DNA from: Vicugna vicugna
Lineage: Eukaryota
Assembly: GCA_013265495.1 (NCBI GenBank)
Contig: MU058289.1
Span: forward strand, 1,733,451 to 1,797,450
DNA: 64,000 bases
Direction: 5' to 3'
This document shows positions 1 through 12,107 of the stretch, in pieces (the first letter of the stretch is position 1; every line of letters starts with the position of its first letter). The notes beneath the pieces are model-generated. The model was not told the origin of the DNA. It did no database searches and saw only the letters and a program-made list of their open reading frames with translations. The position numbers were made by a program, and so were the translations under genes.

Positions 1-547
1 TTATAAGGTAATAGTGCCATGGGTGAAGTTCTAATGTCATCAGAAGGGGGAAAATGGGTTTAAAATTGAAACGGTTGGCGTGGTGGTGACTATAGTACTG
101 CATCAGGAATTTTGACACTTTATTTAATGGAAAATGGATACCAATGCCTTAAACTCTTCCAGTATTACCTTTAGAAAATTATAAAACTATAAGAGGCATG
201 ACTATGAGAAAAGCACTGATGAAAGCCGAGGGTGCCCTGGGAAGTTGGGAGTTTGAAAGATTAAAGCGTGAATACTCGAGGTTTCAGACTCTGAAAGAAT
301 GTGGATCCCGTTCTTAAATGAGGTCAGGCAAAGCAGAATTCCTCCTCACTTTTACCATCCTCATAAAGCTGGCAAGTTTCTGAAACAAACAATTGTTCTG
401 AAATGTGCCGAACCTGATTATAACAAAATCCCAACGATAAACCCTGGTCTACAGTCTTTGTGCTAGTGGGAGTGGCTTTAGGAGTTAATTTTCTTGAGTA
501 AAAAGTAAAGTACCCAGAAAAGTTTTTTCTTTTTTATGGAGGGTCTT

Positions 548-623
548 TTTTTTTTAATTGTGTATTCCTTTTTTTTGAGTTGTAGTCAGTTTACAATGTG
601 TCAATTTCTGGTGTATATCACAA
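548..623 (-). mobile_element. Ultra-short L1 3'-tip insertion with 15-bp TSD
   Basis: Poly-T followed by the L1 3'-end motif (gtagtcagtttacaatgtgtcaatttctggtgta, shared with 11690, 34975 and 63070). Flanked by tttatggagggtctt (533-547) and tttatggagagtctt (624-638). Confidence 0.8.
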
Positions 624-2710
624 TTTATGGAGAGTCTTAATGACTCCCTCTGATTTCCAATTATATCAGAAAGTATCTTTTCAAACAATAGTTTCCCTTT
701 CACGAAGGCCTCAACCTACTGCGATCAGTTTATCTGTCATGCCTGTGCAGTCCACTTGGTAGAATTTCTAATATTTTGCAGAATTATGTTGTTTCTCCCC
801 CTGAAAAAGCCAATATCATAACAGAAGTGTCATTATACAAAATATTAATAGATTTTCCCAATATCAGTATTATACACAAAGATATTTCAGGCATACAGAA
901 TGTTACATCTACAAGGCTTTAACATAAAAATGTCCTTGGCTCGGGACTCACAGTAAAAGTGTAATAGTAAAGCTAAATTAATTTCACGGTAATTTATCAT
1001 CCTGAAAATTTAAAGTGGGAGGAGGTGAAGGGTCTTTCAGTCAAGTACCTTTACCATATCTTCCAACAAGAACTGAAAGCTGAGGGTTCGTGAAAACCAA
1101 CTGAAGGATGGTATGTCTGGGTAAACTTATAAGGAATTTTTTCCCCCCAAAATCCACATACTTCATCAAGCCAATAGACGTTGGGTCCCAACAACACTGG
1201 CACCTTCAAAAGATTCGGTTTTCAGATGAAGCAACTGAGGCCTACAGGGAGGACCTTTCGAGAGCACCAGGCAGCAGCTGGAATGGTCATCTCGGGCAAG
1301 CAGGACTCCCACACCTTGCTTGCTGGCCTTTAAGATCCTGAAAGCTGGGGGCATCTCATCCCCTCCCACGTCAGACCTCTGTGCCTAGCCTGCTGTGTGA
1401 CAAGGAAAGAGCCATGTGGCCCCTCTGTCCTAGCCTTCAGAGAGCAGAGAGGACCACACATATCAGGAGACAGACAGCAGAAGCCCTTGCCTGGGTTTCT
1501 GAATAAGCATCGCCAGCCTTCCCAAAGCATCCCTCATCCTCTATGTTATTTCATAGAATGATCTGGTAAGGAATTCCTCCTCTTTACAAGACCTCTAGGG
1601 ATGGCTAGAAAATCATCTCCAACCATTTCACCTGGAAATCTCCAAGGGGGACACGCAGGTCCTGTTGTGTTTTCAGCAGCTTTGCAGTTTTCAGCTGCTC
1701 TTTGGTATGTTTCTCAGTCCTGTGCTTTTCTTCATTTCCCCCAAGTGATTCATTAGTATTTTTCCTGTTGTACTGGGTTACGGTTAATATCCAAATTAAT
1801 AGTCAAGGAAGCATCCAAATTTAGGGCAGCAGCTTTTCTACAGGAAATTGGGTGTTATTTTCTTTCCTAACAAAACCATTTAGATGGATTTTTAATTTTT
1901 TAATTTGGTTTTGAAATAGCTTCATTGTTTTTATGTGTTTATGAAATGAAAGACATACTTCTTACAAAATGTTATGAAAATCTCCAAAAATACAAAGAGA
2001 TTGGTTAGCAAAGACTACCCCTGATTCCACTTCCGGGAGACAGTCTCTCTTCCCACTTGATTTAAATCTTTCTGGTCCTTTCTAGGTAATTAGAAATACA
2101 GCTGTCTGTATGTGTGTGGTGCATGACTATACTCTCTCTTTAGAACACTCCCAACTCCCTTGTCCCTTCTGTTTGCCAAGTGGTGCCCAAACTTGCTCCT
2201 ACTTTAATTTTATGACCACAGACCTCAAGTGGGCCCTTAGCCAAGCTCAGCAATATGAATCCATTTCCCTAGTCGGTTCACTCTGCCATCTTCCACTGTT
2301 TTATGCCTTCTTTTTCCCTCTCCCAATCCTTAACACCCTTTCCCTTCCTCACATTCAGATGATGACCTTGTTTCTCATTTCACTGAGAAAATAGAAGCAA
2401 TAAAATGAGTGCTGTCTCATTGCCCAGCCATCCGATCAAACTCACCAGCCTCCTGGCCCCTGTTCCCACTCTGCCTGTCCTCCTGCTCCTCTTCTGGCTG
2501 CGAGCACCCCCCGCACATGCACTGCATCCCATCCCTTCTCTCATCAGTTTTCCTGTCAACTCCTTCATCCAGGTAGCTAGAAACATGCTGTCCTCTCAAC
2601 CATCTTACAAACTTCTTGTCCTCATGTCTGCCCCACCTACCACCACATTTCTCTGCTCCCCCTTATAGCAGAACTTCTCAAGAGTTGGGTAGACTCACAA
2701 TTTCCACTTT

Positions 2711-2850
2711 GTTGGGGTGTTTTTTTGGGGAGGAGGTAATTAGGTTTATTTACTTATTTTTTTTTTATTGGAGGCATTGGGGATTGAACCCAGGACCTCG
2801 TGCACGCTAAGCACATGCTCTACCACTAAGCTATACCCTGCCCCTCCCCC
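2711..2850 (-). mobile_element. tRNA-derived SINE, Vic-1-like (camelid)
   Basis: Reverse complement of ggggagggtatagct(c)agtggtagag...ggtcctgggttcaatccccag with A/B boxes and AT-rich tail. TSD atttccacttt at 2700-2710 and 2851-2861. Confidence 0.9.
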
Positions 2851-2860
2851 ATTTCCACTT

Positions 2861-3412
2861 TGTACTGACTCTATTTTCTTATTTTCTGTATTCTTAATGC
2901 TTTGGCATTTGGGGCCTTGATCCTGAAGACTGCCCCTGGCGGGGCTGGCTAATTCCTGGAGTTAGCAAAGGACTCCGCTGCAAGCACCTTCGATAGACAA
3001 ACCACTCAATTCAGAGCCCCAACTATCTCCTTTATCAAACTGTCACACACCAAGCCAGTATTCCCCTGCCCTAAGGTCAGGTACTGGGCAACTAGGGACC
3101 ATCCCTATAGCCCAGAGCTGGCTAAAATTATCCAAACTATCCAATCTTAAGCTTATTCAACCTACCTACCCTGCCTCACCCATTCCTTCCTTTGAAAACC
3201 CCACTGAAGGTTCTGCTGTGGGCCAAGCTCCCCTCTACCCTCTGCCTCCTGGGTGACCTTGGTGCTTCCCCATGTGGCCCTGCGTGGTACGCCATGCCTC
3301 TCGTTTCTTGGGATCTGTGAGTATAAACTTCCTCTTTCATGACAGTCATTTCTGTGTTTGTGTCCTTTACCAGGCCTGATTAAAACAAATTCTGGGTACA
3401 CATTTTAGAATA
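2861..3412 (+). mobile_element. Solo LTR, probably ERVL class (MER74/MER73-like)
   Basis: About 550 bp with TG...CA-like ends. Motif ggggccttgatcctgaagactgcccct...gctaattcctggagttagcaaa. Interrupts the L2. Family assignment from memory. Confidence 0.55.
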
Positions 3413-3827
3413 CACGTCCTGCCTGGGTTTTCTCTTTACATGGCTGTAATCAGACCTTTGCCCCCAGCATTCCTCCGAAACAGATCTCAGAAGCACATCT
3501 GCTTCTCACCAAATTCAATGCTTAATTCTTGGTCCTCCTGTAACTTGAGCTCCAGCACATGTGATAGGTACTCCTCATCTCCTTTTTAAATAGTTCTTCA
3601 CTTGAGCTCTGGGATGCTACAATCTCCAGGTGCTTCTCCTTCCTCACTGGCTGCTCCTTCTCAGCCTCCTTTGCCCATCCTTCTTCTTTTCTCGATGCCT
3701 GCATGTTCCAGCACCCTCCAAGGCTCCATCCTCAGGCACCTTCATGTCTCTGTCTACTCTCAGGCTGGAGGTGATCTCATTCAGCCCCATGGCTTTAGAT
3801 ACCGTCCATGGACTAATGATTCAGATG

Positions 3828-4100
3828 TTTTTATATATTTATTTTTATTGAGGCAAAATTTACATAACATAAGATTAAACATTCATCATTTCAAAGTGTC
3901 TGATTCTATGGCATTTAGTATATTTCCAGTATTGTGTAACCATCTCTTCTACCTAGTTCCCCCAAATTTTCATCACCTCAAAAGGAAGCCCCTTACCCAT
4001 TAAACATCATTACCTATTCCTTCCTTCCCCAAACTCCTGGCAACCACTAGTCTGCTTTCTCTCTCTGTGGATTTACCTATTCTGGAAAGTTTCTTATAAA
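3828..4100 (-). mobile_element. Old L1 (L1M-type) 3' UTR fragment
   Basis: tttttattgaggcaaaatttacataacataa...ctggcaaccactagtctgctttctctctctgtggatttacctattctgga is a typical L1M 3' end in antisense. Confidence 0.8.
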
Positions 4101-5651
4101 TGATGATTCCCAGTTGTCTTATCTCCAGCCAGGACCTCTCCCCTGCATTCCTGACATCTAAGGATAACTGTCTCCTGGATACCCTCTCCTGGTCTCTAAT
4201 TGATACAGCAAACTTTGGGTGTCCCAAAACACACTGTCAAGTTAGTCCCTTAGTCCCCTGACTTTCTCATCTCTGGATATGACACCACCTAGTCACCTAG
4301 TTCACCTAGTTCTTCACCTAGTTCTTCACTTCAAAAAAACAAAACACAACAAAACAAAACAAACTAGGAAACACAGTGGTTCTTGTTTTCTGTCTTCATT
4401 TGTTTCTCCTCCATACTCCTCTCTTTTCCTTTTATTCCTCTTCCCACCAGTTTCATCCAGCAAAGCAAGGATGGAAAGCTTTGGTGGTGACAGGAAGGGG
4501 GGGGCGATAAGACAAGCTGCTGGTCTAGTTTGGTGGATCTTGTCGTAACTGGGAGAATCTGGCACAGGTGACCTAAAAAAGGAAAAGTTAGTGCACACAG
4601 ACATTTTCTATATCAGAACCTGCCTGGGACAGCTGTGTGCTTGCTGGGCGGGTCTGGCCATTGAAGTCAGGAATGGGGACGGGTCCTAGTAGCAGTCATG
4701 GGCAGCTCAAGGCTCCTCTCTGGGGAGAGGGGAAGCCCCCATTAGTCCAGCCCCAAGAGGCTCTTTCTGCAAACTGTCTCCCCTCCCATCAGAACTTGCA
4801 CTGGTGTCAATGTCCAAATTCAGGTCCCTCTGATGGTGGCCTCTGCCACTGTTCTCTGCTTAAGGGGGCATATTTCGGCTTTAGCATGTCATTCTTCATT
4901 CTGTCTGTTTCAAATGTGTTGCTGATAAATATAGCTTAGGACCAGGCGAAGTTTTTCTTTTGGAATTTCAAACCAGATATTTGAAATTGTTATTTTCTCC
5001 TTCACTTTAAGCCCTAAGTATGTCAGTACATGCTAACCAGCATGGAAGGAGGAAATCTTGCCTCATGTTGCTGGCATTTTTCTGTGATAGATGTGTAAAG
5101 ATCTGTTAGCAATTAAAGATTGATTTCATTGTCCAAGAGATCTGGGGACTGGAAGCTTGGCACCGCAGGGTATTTTGGGGGTCCAGGAAGTGGGACATGT
5201 GCATTATGCATGTTTCTTTCTCTGCTGAATAGCAGCTGCTTCTCTATCGGACGAGTTGGGCTTCCTGGAAAGAAAAGATTTGGGGGAATAGAATTGTATA
5301 GAGGGTCTAATGAATGTGGAAGGACTCAGAGTACAGCACTATAAATAGTTAAAGAATAGAAACTTATTTTTAAACTTAAGAGTTAGCAATATTGTAAGTA
5401 AAGTGGGTTGACTCTTTTTTTAAACCTACAGTAGATTTTATTTAAAACTGAATATTTAACAGCTAATTGGGTAAGCCTAAAGGCTTGAAATTACACATCT
5501 ATGAATTTAGGCCTTGCGTTTTTGACACCTTGGATCCTATTCTCCTTCCTTTGCTATTTTTTAACTCACTGCAACAGATGAGGGGCTCTTAAGCCATCTG
5601 TTAACCTTTCTTTCTCTCTCTCTCTCTTTTTTTTTTTTTTTAACCATGTAG

Positions 5652-5708
5652 AGTCGCTCAAGGCAAGAAGACCCAGAGCCAGCAGGACTGAAACAAAAAG
5701 TAAAGGAG
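5652..5708 (+). other. Candidate internal exon (57 nt) of an unidentified plus-strand gene
   Basis: A ~35-nt pure pyrimidine tract and ...taaccatgtAG acceptor precede a purine-rich body ending in donor GAG|gtaagc. Length is a multiple of 3, and two frames are open (SRSRQEDPEPAGLKQKVKE or xSLKARRPRASRTETKSKG). Confidence 0.6.
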
Positions 5709-6854
5709 GTAAGCATGGCTGGAGATCATTGGGTTTGACATTTCAAGGCTTGAGCCTATTAATTTTTTATGCCCTGCTACTTGTATATCGTTAATAAAAA
5801 TCTGACGAAAAACTTTTTAGGATGTATTTGTTGCTCTGGCTTTGATCTTAATGTTTGCAAACTAATACATTAATACATGTGAAGCCTTAAGGAGGTTTTC
5901 TAAGAGAATATTTCCATACATTATATTTCCATTCCCATGTTAGGTAGCAGAGCCTCTGTGGGGTTGTTGATGGCAGTGGCATTCAATTTTGGTGGGAAAT
6001 GTATCTCTTCGCTTGCCATTAAATGTCACTCCTGAAGCCTATGAAACCTTGTCATCAATATTTTACCAAAATTCACTTCTGTAAGATCCCGTGCTTCTAA
6101 GATCTGTGGCCATTTCAAACTCTCCCTTTTGAAAAGAGATGTTATTTGTAATAGTAAAACTCATCCCACATTATGTTGTCAGAAGTCTTGCTGTCTGGTT
6201 ATTAAAATGTCACTTAGGTTAGGCTGTAGAGATCAGCTCAAGTGAGTCATTATCTCTGCCCCCTTTAAGGTGCTGGTTCCCTAGTAGTGGCAGCTGGGAC
6301 TGACTAATTGAGCTGCGGTAAACTCAGTTGTCTAGAAACATAACTCATGCCAACAAAAACACGTCATTTTGTTACTTATATGTTATGTGTATGTCCCCAA
6401 ATGCAAAATGTAGTCATGGCATGACAAAATATTCTCAAAAAACTCCTAAACGGTATTTGAGGTTTGAGGGTGTAATGAATAATTAGATTACATTTGAAAT
6501 TTTACCTTATAAAAATAAGGAGATAGGAAACTTGAATTATTACTCATTAAAAAATGATTGCTAACCCAATTTCGAACACTTTGCAGGAGACATGTGGGTG
6601 AATCCGCTGTCGAAATGGCTCTTTAAGTTGTTCTTTACTCAAAAGTGACTGTGAAATTCTTTGAATATTTATTATTTATGCTGACTATCAGACAAGCTTC
6701 AGTAGTTTTCAGATTTTTATCCTTGTAAGTAATGTTTGACAGGTCGATCGCATTCTGATTTCTGAGTGGTTAATTATTCAGGTAAACGTTAAGTACGTTT
6801 TTCTTAGAGGAGAAGGAATGGAAAAAAGCGTACTGTGTAGGAAAGCAAAATTAA

Positions 6855-6988
6855 TTCACTGTCATGACCATTAAAATAACCACCCATCAGAATGATTTAG
6901 GGAGATTTCTTTTACTATTGTTCCAAAGAAATGAAATCATTGTAACGATGATTATTTTTGAGGTCCACTAGAGGGAGTCATGCTGTAC
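6855..6988 (+). repeat. Copy 1 of a diverged ~135-bp local direct duplication
   Basis: Aligns by eye with 7876-8012 (shared ttaaaataaccac, atttcttttact, cactagagggagt). Confidence 0.85.
6963..6981 (+). promoter_or_regulatory. CTCF-like motif
   Basis: ccactagagggag at 6965-6977 versus the core consensus CCAC(C/T)AG(A/G)(G/T)GGC(A/G). Motif match only. Confidence 0.45.
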
Positions 6989-7875
6989 AGATATGTATTT
7001 TTAAATGAAAAAGATTTGTTTGTCATTGAGTTTGTAAATAAACTTGTGGTAATAGTATTATCAAAATTCAACAGCCGTGATATTTTAAGCCTGTCTTTTT
7101 ATTTATGAATGTTGCTGGGTGGTTGATTTAAACTTGAACCCAGCTTTCCGGTGACAGAGGGGAGTGCTCTCTGCACTTCCACACATTTGTCCTACTTCTA
7201 ATGGAATTCCTTAATTTTCTAATCCTGTTCACTATCCTGGGGCAATTTTGATATGCAAATAAGCTTTAGCACTTAAAAAAATGGAAGCTTTTGAAATTCT
7301 GACTTTCATTTTTTGTTTTTAGAGATTTTTGCGTTTGGTATGGTAGCCCCACAACAGGGAATAAATGATTACAACTTCGTTTCTACTGCGACTTTCAAGA
7401 GCATGTCTCCTGACTGGAGACCCTGTCCCTGGACCTCCTGGTGGTCTCCCTGACCAGTGCTTTAGCATAATGGGTAAATGATACCCTCCCACACAGGAGA
7501 CTTGTCATCATCTGTCTTCCATGATGCAATGATGTGAAGCAGCTTCAGGTTTAATGTGTTTCATTTTTCAAAACTTAAAGCATTAAAGTAATCCACACAC
7601 ATGCTTTTACAAATTTTAAGAAGTACTGAAGGGCTTGCAATGAAACACACAGCTCTGGGTTCATCTTCCTTTCCTCCATGTCACCCCTCAGAGCAATCAC
7701 TTTATAAAGTAAAATTTTTATTGAGGTGAAACTTACATATGTTCAGTGAAACCCACAGCTGAAAGTCTTCAGATAAATTGGTTTTGATTAATTGGTAATA
7801 GTTATATGACTACCACCACACTCTGGGTATAGGTCGTTTCTGTCACCCCAGAAAAGGCCCCTAGATCATAGTGAC

Positions 7876-8012
7876 TTCACCATAGTGAATGTTAAAATAA
7901 CCACTGATTAGAGTGATTGCTCTAGAAATTTCTTTTACTCTTGTTTCAAAAAAGAGGAAATAGTTGTAAATATGGTTATATTTTAGATACACTAGAGGGA
8001 GTAATGAAGTCC
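7876..8012 (+). repeat. Copy 2 of the ~135-bp local duplication, embedded between L1 fragments
   Basis: Aligns with 6855-6988. Contains acactagagggag at 7989-8001. Confidence 0.85.
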
Positions 8013-8129
8013 ATTTTATCAACTTTTTCCCTTATTCTCTTATGCTTTTAATATCATACCTAAGAAATCATTGCCTAAACAAGGTCACTAATGTTTACTC
8101 CTGTGCTTTCTTCTAAGAGTTTTATAGTT

Positions 8130-8296
8130 CTTTAAAATTTTTTAAAAAATTAAATCTTTTTTTTTTTTAAATTTTGGGGGGGGTAATTAGGTGTTTTTTT
8201 TTGTTTGTTTGTTTTTTTACTAGAGGTATTGGGGATTGAACCCAGGACCTTGTGCATGGTAAGAATGCACTCTGCCACTGAGCTATACCCTCCCCC
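8130..8296 (-). mobile_element. Vic-1-like SINE
   Basis: tRNA-like head in antisense. Perfect 15-bp TSD aagagttttatagtt at 8115-8129 and 8297-8311. Confidence 0.92.
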
Positions 8297-9317
8297 AAGA
8301 GTTTTATAGTTTTAATTTTTACATTTAGGTCTTTGAGTCCTCTGAGTTACACTTTGTGTATGGTGTGAGGTAGGTGTCCAAATACATCCTTCTGCATGTA
8401 GCTTTCCGGCGGTCCCAGACTCTTCTTGCCCTCATTGAATTGTCTTGGTACCTGTGTCGAAAACCAGTTGGCCATGAATAGAAAGGCTTACTTCTAGGGT
8501 TTTGATTCTCTTCCATTGATCTAAATGTCTGTCCTTATGCCAGTACTGCACTGTCTTAATTACGGTAGCTTTGTAGTAAGTTTTGAAATTGGGATGTATG
8601 CGTCTTCCAACTTTGCTCTTGTTTTGCCATATTGTTTCAGCTATTCTGTGTCATTTTGCATTTCCATGTGAATTTTAGATTAGCTTGTCAATTTCTGCCA
8701 AAAAAAAAAAAAAAGGGAAGAAGCCCAGCTGGGACTTTTGTAGGGATTACACTGAGTCTTAGACCAGTTGGCAGAAAATTGCTATCTTAACAATATTGAG
8801 TCTTCCAATCCATGAAGATGAGGAAGCTCTCCATTTATTTAGATCTTCTTTAATTTCTTTCAATGTTTTATAGTTTCAGAGTATAAATTTTATATTTCTT
8901 TTGTTAAACTTACTTCTAAGTAAATTTATTTATTCTTTTTGATACTGTTGTGAATGGAACTCCTGTCTTAATTTCATTTCAGATGTACTCATTAATTGTA
9001 GTCCTCTTTTTTTTTTTTAAAGTGGATTTCCTGTTTTACAAGATTATGTTGTCTGAGAATAAAGATAGTTGTATTTCTGCCTTTTCAGTCTGGATGCCTG
9101 TTATTTCACTTTCTTGCCTTATTTCCCTAGCCAGAACCTCCAGGATGATGTTGAATAGAATGTTAAGAGTAGACACCCTTGTCTTGTTCTCAGTCTTAGA
9201 AGGAAAGCATTCAGTCTTTGGTTAGCAGAGATTTTCAATTTTGATGAAGTGCATGTTATCAATTTTTTCTTGTGTAGTTAGTGCTTTTTTGCCTTCTGTC
9301 TTAGAAGTCTTTGCCTA

Positions 9318-10131
9318 TATTTGTCCTGCACGTCAAATCCAACGTTGGTTGGGAGTGTTTTTCACACCAACAAGCAATGCTCCTACACCAACTGGTGTCC
9401 TACAGTCCACTCAATTCTGAGACCATCTTCCTGGAGATAGTGTCATTTTGCACAGGTTAAGAGCTCAGTCCCACAAGATTTCCCTCCACTTCATGTGCCC
9501 ATTGCAAGCCCATGTTGTTACCTGTGCTTCTGACTGTCCAAACGAGCTACAGATTGGAGGTTCTCATGACCCTCTCCTTGGGTTCAATTCATTTGTTAGA
9601 GCGGCTCACAGAACTCAGGAAACCCATTTACTCACTAGGTTACTAGTTTATTACAAAGGATATTAAAGGACATAATCAACAGTGAGATGAAAAGATACAC
9701 AGGACAAGGTTCTGAACAAAGGAGCTTTGTCTTCCTGGAGTTTGGGTCTGGCAAGGTGGCACGTGGAAGTGTTCTGGTTCCCAACTTGGCAGCTCTCCAG
9801 ACCCTGTTCTTTAAAGTTTCTACGGAGGCTTCATGACATGGGCGTGACTGATTGAACCACTGGCCAATGGCGATTGATTCCACCTCCAGCCCCATTTCCC
9901 TCCCTTCCCCAGAGGTCAGGGGGTGGGACTGAATGTTCCAACCCTCTAATCACATGACTGGTTCTCCTGGCAACCAACCCTATCCTTAGGTGCTTTCCAA
10001 TAGTCACCTTATTAACATTAAGAGACACCTTTATCTCTTATCACAGGATATTCCAAGGGTTTTAGGAGCTCTGTGTCAGAAACAGGATGAAGACCAAATT
10101 TATATTTCTCGTAATAAATGACAATATCACA
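9318..10131 (-). mobile_element. Solo LTR, MER21-like (ERVL)
   Basis: Minus strand begins tgtgatattgtcatttattacgagaaatata. Internal motifs caattctgagaccatcttcctggagatagtgtca and ggttaagagctcagtcccacaaga. Probable 5-bp TSD gccta/gtcta. Splits an L1. Confidence 0.75.
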
Positions 10132-11656
10132 GTCTACTTCAGGGTTACATAGATTTTCTTCTATGCTTTCAATAGAAGTTTTGTGCTTTGTCTTACAAGT
10201 TTGTCTGTGATCCATTTCAAATTAATTTTTGTGTAGTTGTTGATTTCTCCCTTTACTTTTGTCATTTTTGCTTCATGTATTTTGAAACTCTGTTACTAGG
10301 TAATATTCATTTAGGATAATTATATCTGCCTGATTGCACCTCTGTCATAAAATATTCCATTTTATCACTAGTAATACTCTTTGTCTTGAAGTCTACTTTT
10401 CTGACATTAAAATAGCCACTGAAGCATTCTTATGCTTACTTTTGCATCAGATATATTTTCCCACACTTTTACTTTCAGTCACACTTTCTTTTATATTTTA
10501 AATGCACCTTTTATGGTAGCATATAGCTGAATATGGCTTTTATACGTACTTTGACATTCTTTGCTGTTTGGTTGAAATAGTTATTGGTGTGATTAAGTTT
10601 AAGTCTACCATCTTATTTGTTTTTTGTTTTCTTCTTTTGGCCTTCATTCCTTTGACCCTTTTATCTTGCCTTCTTTTGGATGAATTGAATGTTTTCCGTA
10701 TTTTATTTTATTTCTACTATCTGCTTTTTAGTTACACTTATTTTTATTATGTATCAGTGGCTGTTCTAAGACTAGCCATATGTATCCTTGATGTATCAAA
10801 GAGCATTTAGAATTACATTGTACCATTATTCACATCTAATACATCTCATTTCACACCACATACTTCCCATGCCACAAATTCAGTAACATTAAAACAGAAT
10901 CATTCCATTTATCTGCTGTCTGACTCCATCCTTTATGCTATTGTTGTTATATCTTTTATTTCTACATACCTTATAAGCCCTACCTTACAGTGCGATTATT
11001 TGGCTTTAAACAGTCAGTTTTTAAGGTAAATATAGGAAGAAAAAAGTCTTGTATGTAACAAAGTTATTTCCCATTCCCAGAGTTCTTTGTTCTTTGCGTA
11101 GATTCAAGTTTCCATCAGGTATCGCCTTCCTTTAGCCCGAAGAACTTCCTTTAGCATTTCTTGTATTACAAGTCTAATGACAAATTCTCCTAGCTTTCAT
11201 TTATCTGAAAACATCTTTATTTCATCTCATTTTTGGAGGATTTTTACTGAATATAGAATTCATTGTTGACAGCATTTTTCTTCAACATTTTAGAGATGTC
11301 ATTTCATAGTCAACTGGCCTCCATTATTTCTTACAAGATGTCAGTGAACAGCCTTATATTTTTTCAAATATTTTCTGTTCCTCACCCTCTCCTTCTGGAA
11401 CTTCAATGGTGTACATTGTTAGACCATTTGATATTATCTCAGAGTTCACTGAGACTTTGTTCTTTTGTTCTGTGTGTGTGCAACTTTTGATCTCTGTTCT
11501 TTATCCTGGATAATTTCTATTAAACCACCTTAGCAGTATGCTTACTCATTCTTCTGCCCTATCTAATCTATTGTTAAGCTTATTCAGTACATTTTCCATT
11601 ACAGGTATTGTACTTTTCAATTTAAAAATTTCTGTCATTTCCATTCTCTGCTGAAA

Positions 11657-11958
11657 TTTTTTTGTATATATATATATATTTATTGAAGTATAGTCAGTTT
11701 ACAATGTTGTGTCAATTTCTGGTGTAAAGCATAATGCCTCAGTCATACATGAACATACATATATTTGTTTTCACATTCTTTTTCACCATAAGTTACTACA
11801 AGATATTGAATATAATTCCCTATGCTATACAGTATAAACTTGTTGTTTATCTATTTTATATATATTAGTACCTGCAAATCTTGAACTCCCAATTTATCCC
11901 TTTTTTATATGTATTAGTATCTGCAAATCTCGAACTCCCAATTTATCCCTTCCCACCC
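11657..11958 (-). mobile_element. Younger lineage-specific L1 3' UTR fragment with an internal ~48-bp tandem duplication
   Basis: tttattgaagtatagtcagtttacaatgttgtgtcaatttctggtgta.... Duplicated units at 11854-11901 and 11903-11950. Confidence 0.85.
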
Positions 11959-11974
11959 TGAAATGTAGCTATTC

Positions 11975-12107
11975 TGTTTGTTTGTTTTTTGTTTCATTTT
12001 TGGAGGCGAGGTAATTAGGTTTATTCATTTTAACAGAGGTACTGGGAATTGAACCCAGGACCTTGTGCATGCTAAGCATGCACTCTACCGCGGAGCTTTA
12101 CCTCCCC
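11975..12107 (-). mobile_element. Vic-1-like SINE
   Basis: gaggtactgggaattgaacccaggaccttgtgcatgctaagcatgcactctacc...cctcccc. Confidence 0.9.

Larger units (their letters stand above)
2330..4310 (+). mobile_element. Fragmented ancient L2 LINE, interrupted by a SINE, an LTR and an L1 fragment
   Basis: L2-type motifs gatgaccttgtttctcatttcactgagaaaatagaagcaat (~2360), ctccttcctcactggctgctccttctcagcctcctttgc (~3640) and tctccagccaggacctctcccctg (~4120). Boundaries approximate. Confidence 0.7.
7706..9317 (-). mobile_element. Old L1M fragments (3' UTR and 3' part of ORF2), rearranged
   Basis: 3' UTR motif at 7715-7860. Antisense ORF2 motifs at 8010-9310, e.g. tatggtgtgaggtagg and caatattgagtcttccaatccatgaa. 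The degenerate ORF 8325-8516 reads YLDTYLTPYTK. Confidence 0.8.

Noticed and set aside
4285..4330. cacctagtt repeated about four times
   Set aside because: Ordinary short slippage repeat without spacers. Not CRISPR-like, and the DNA is mammalian.
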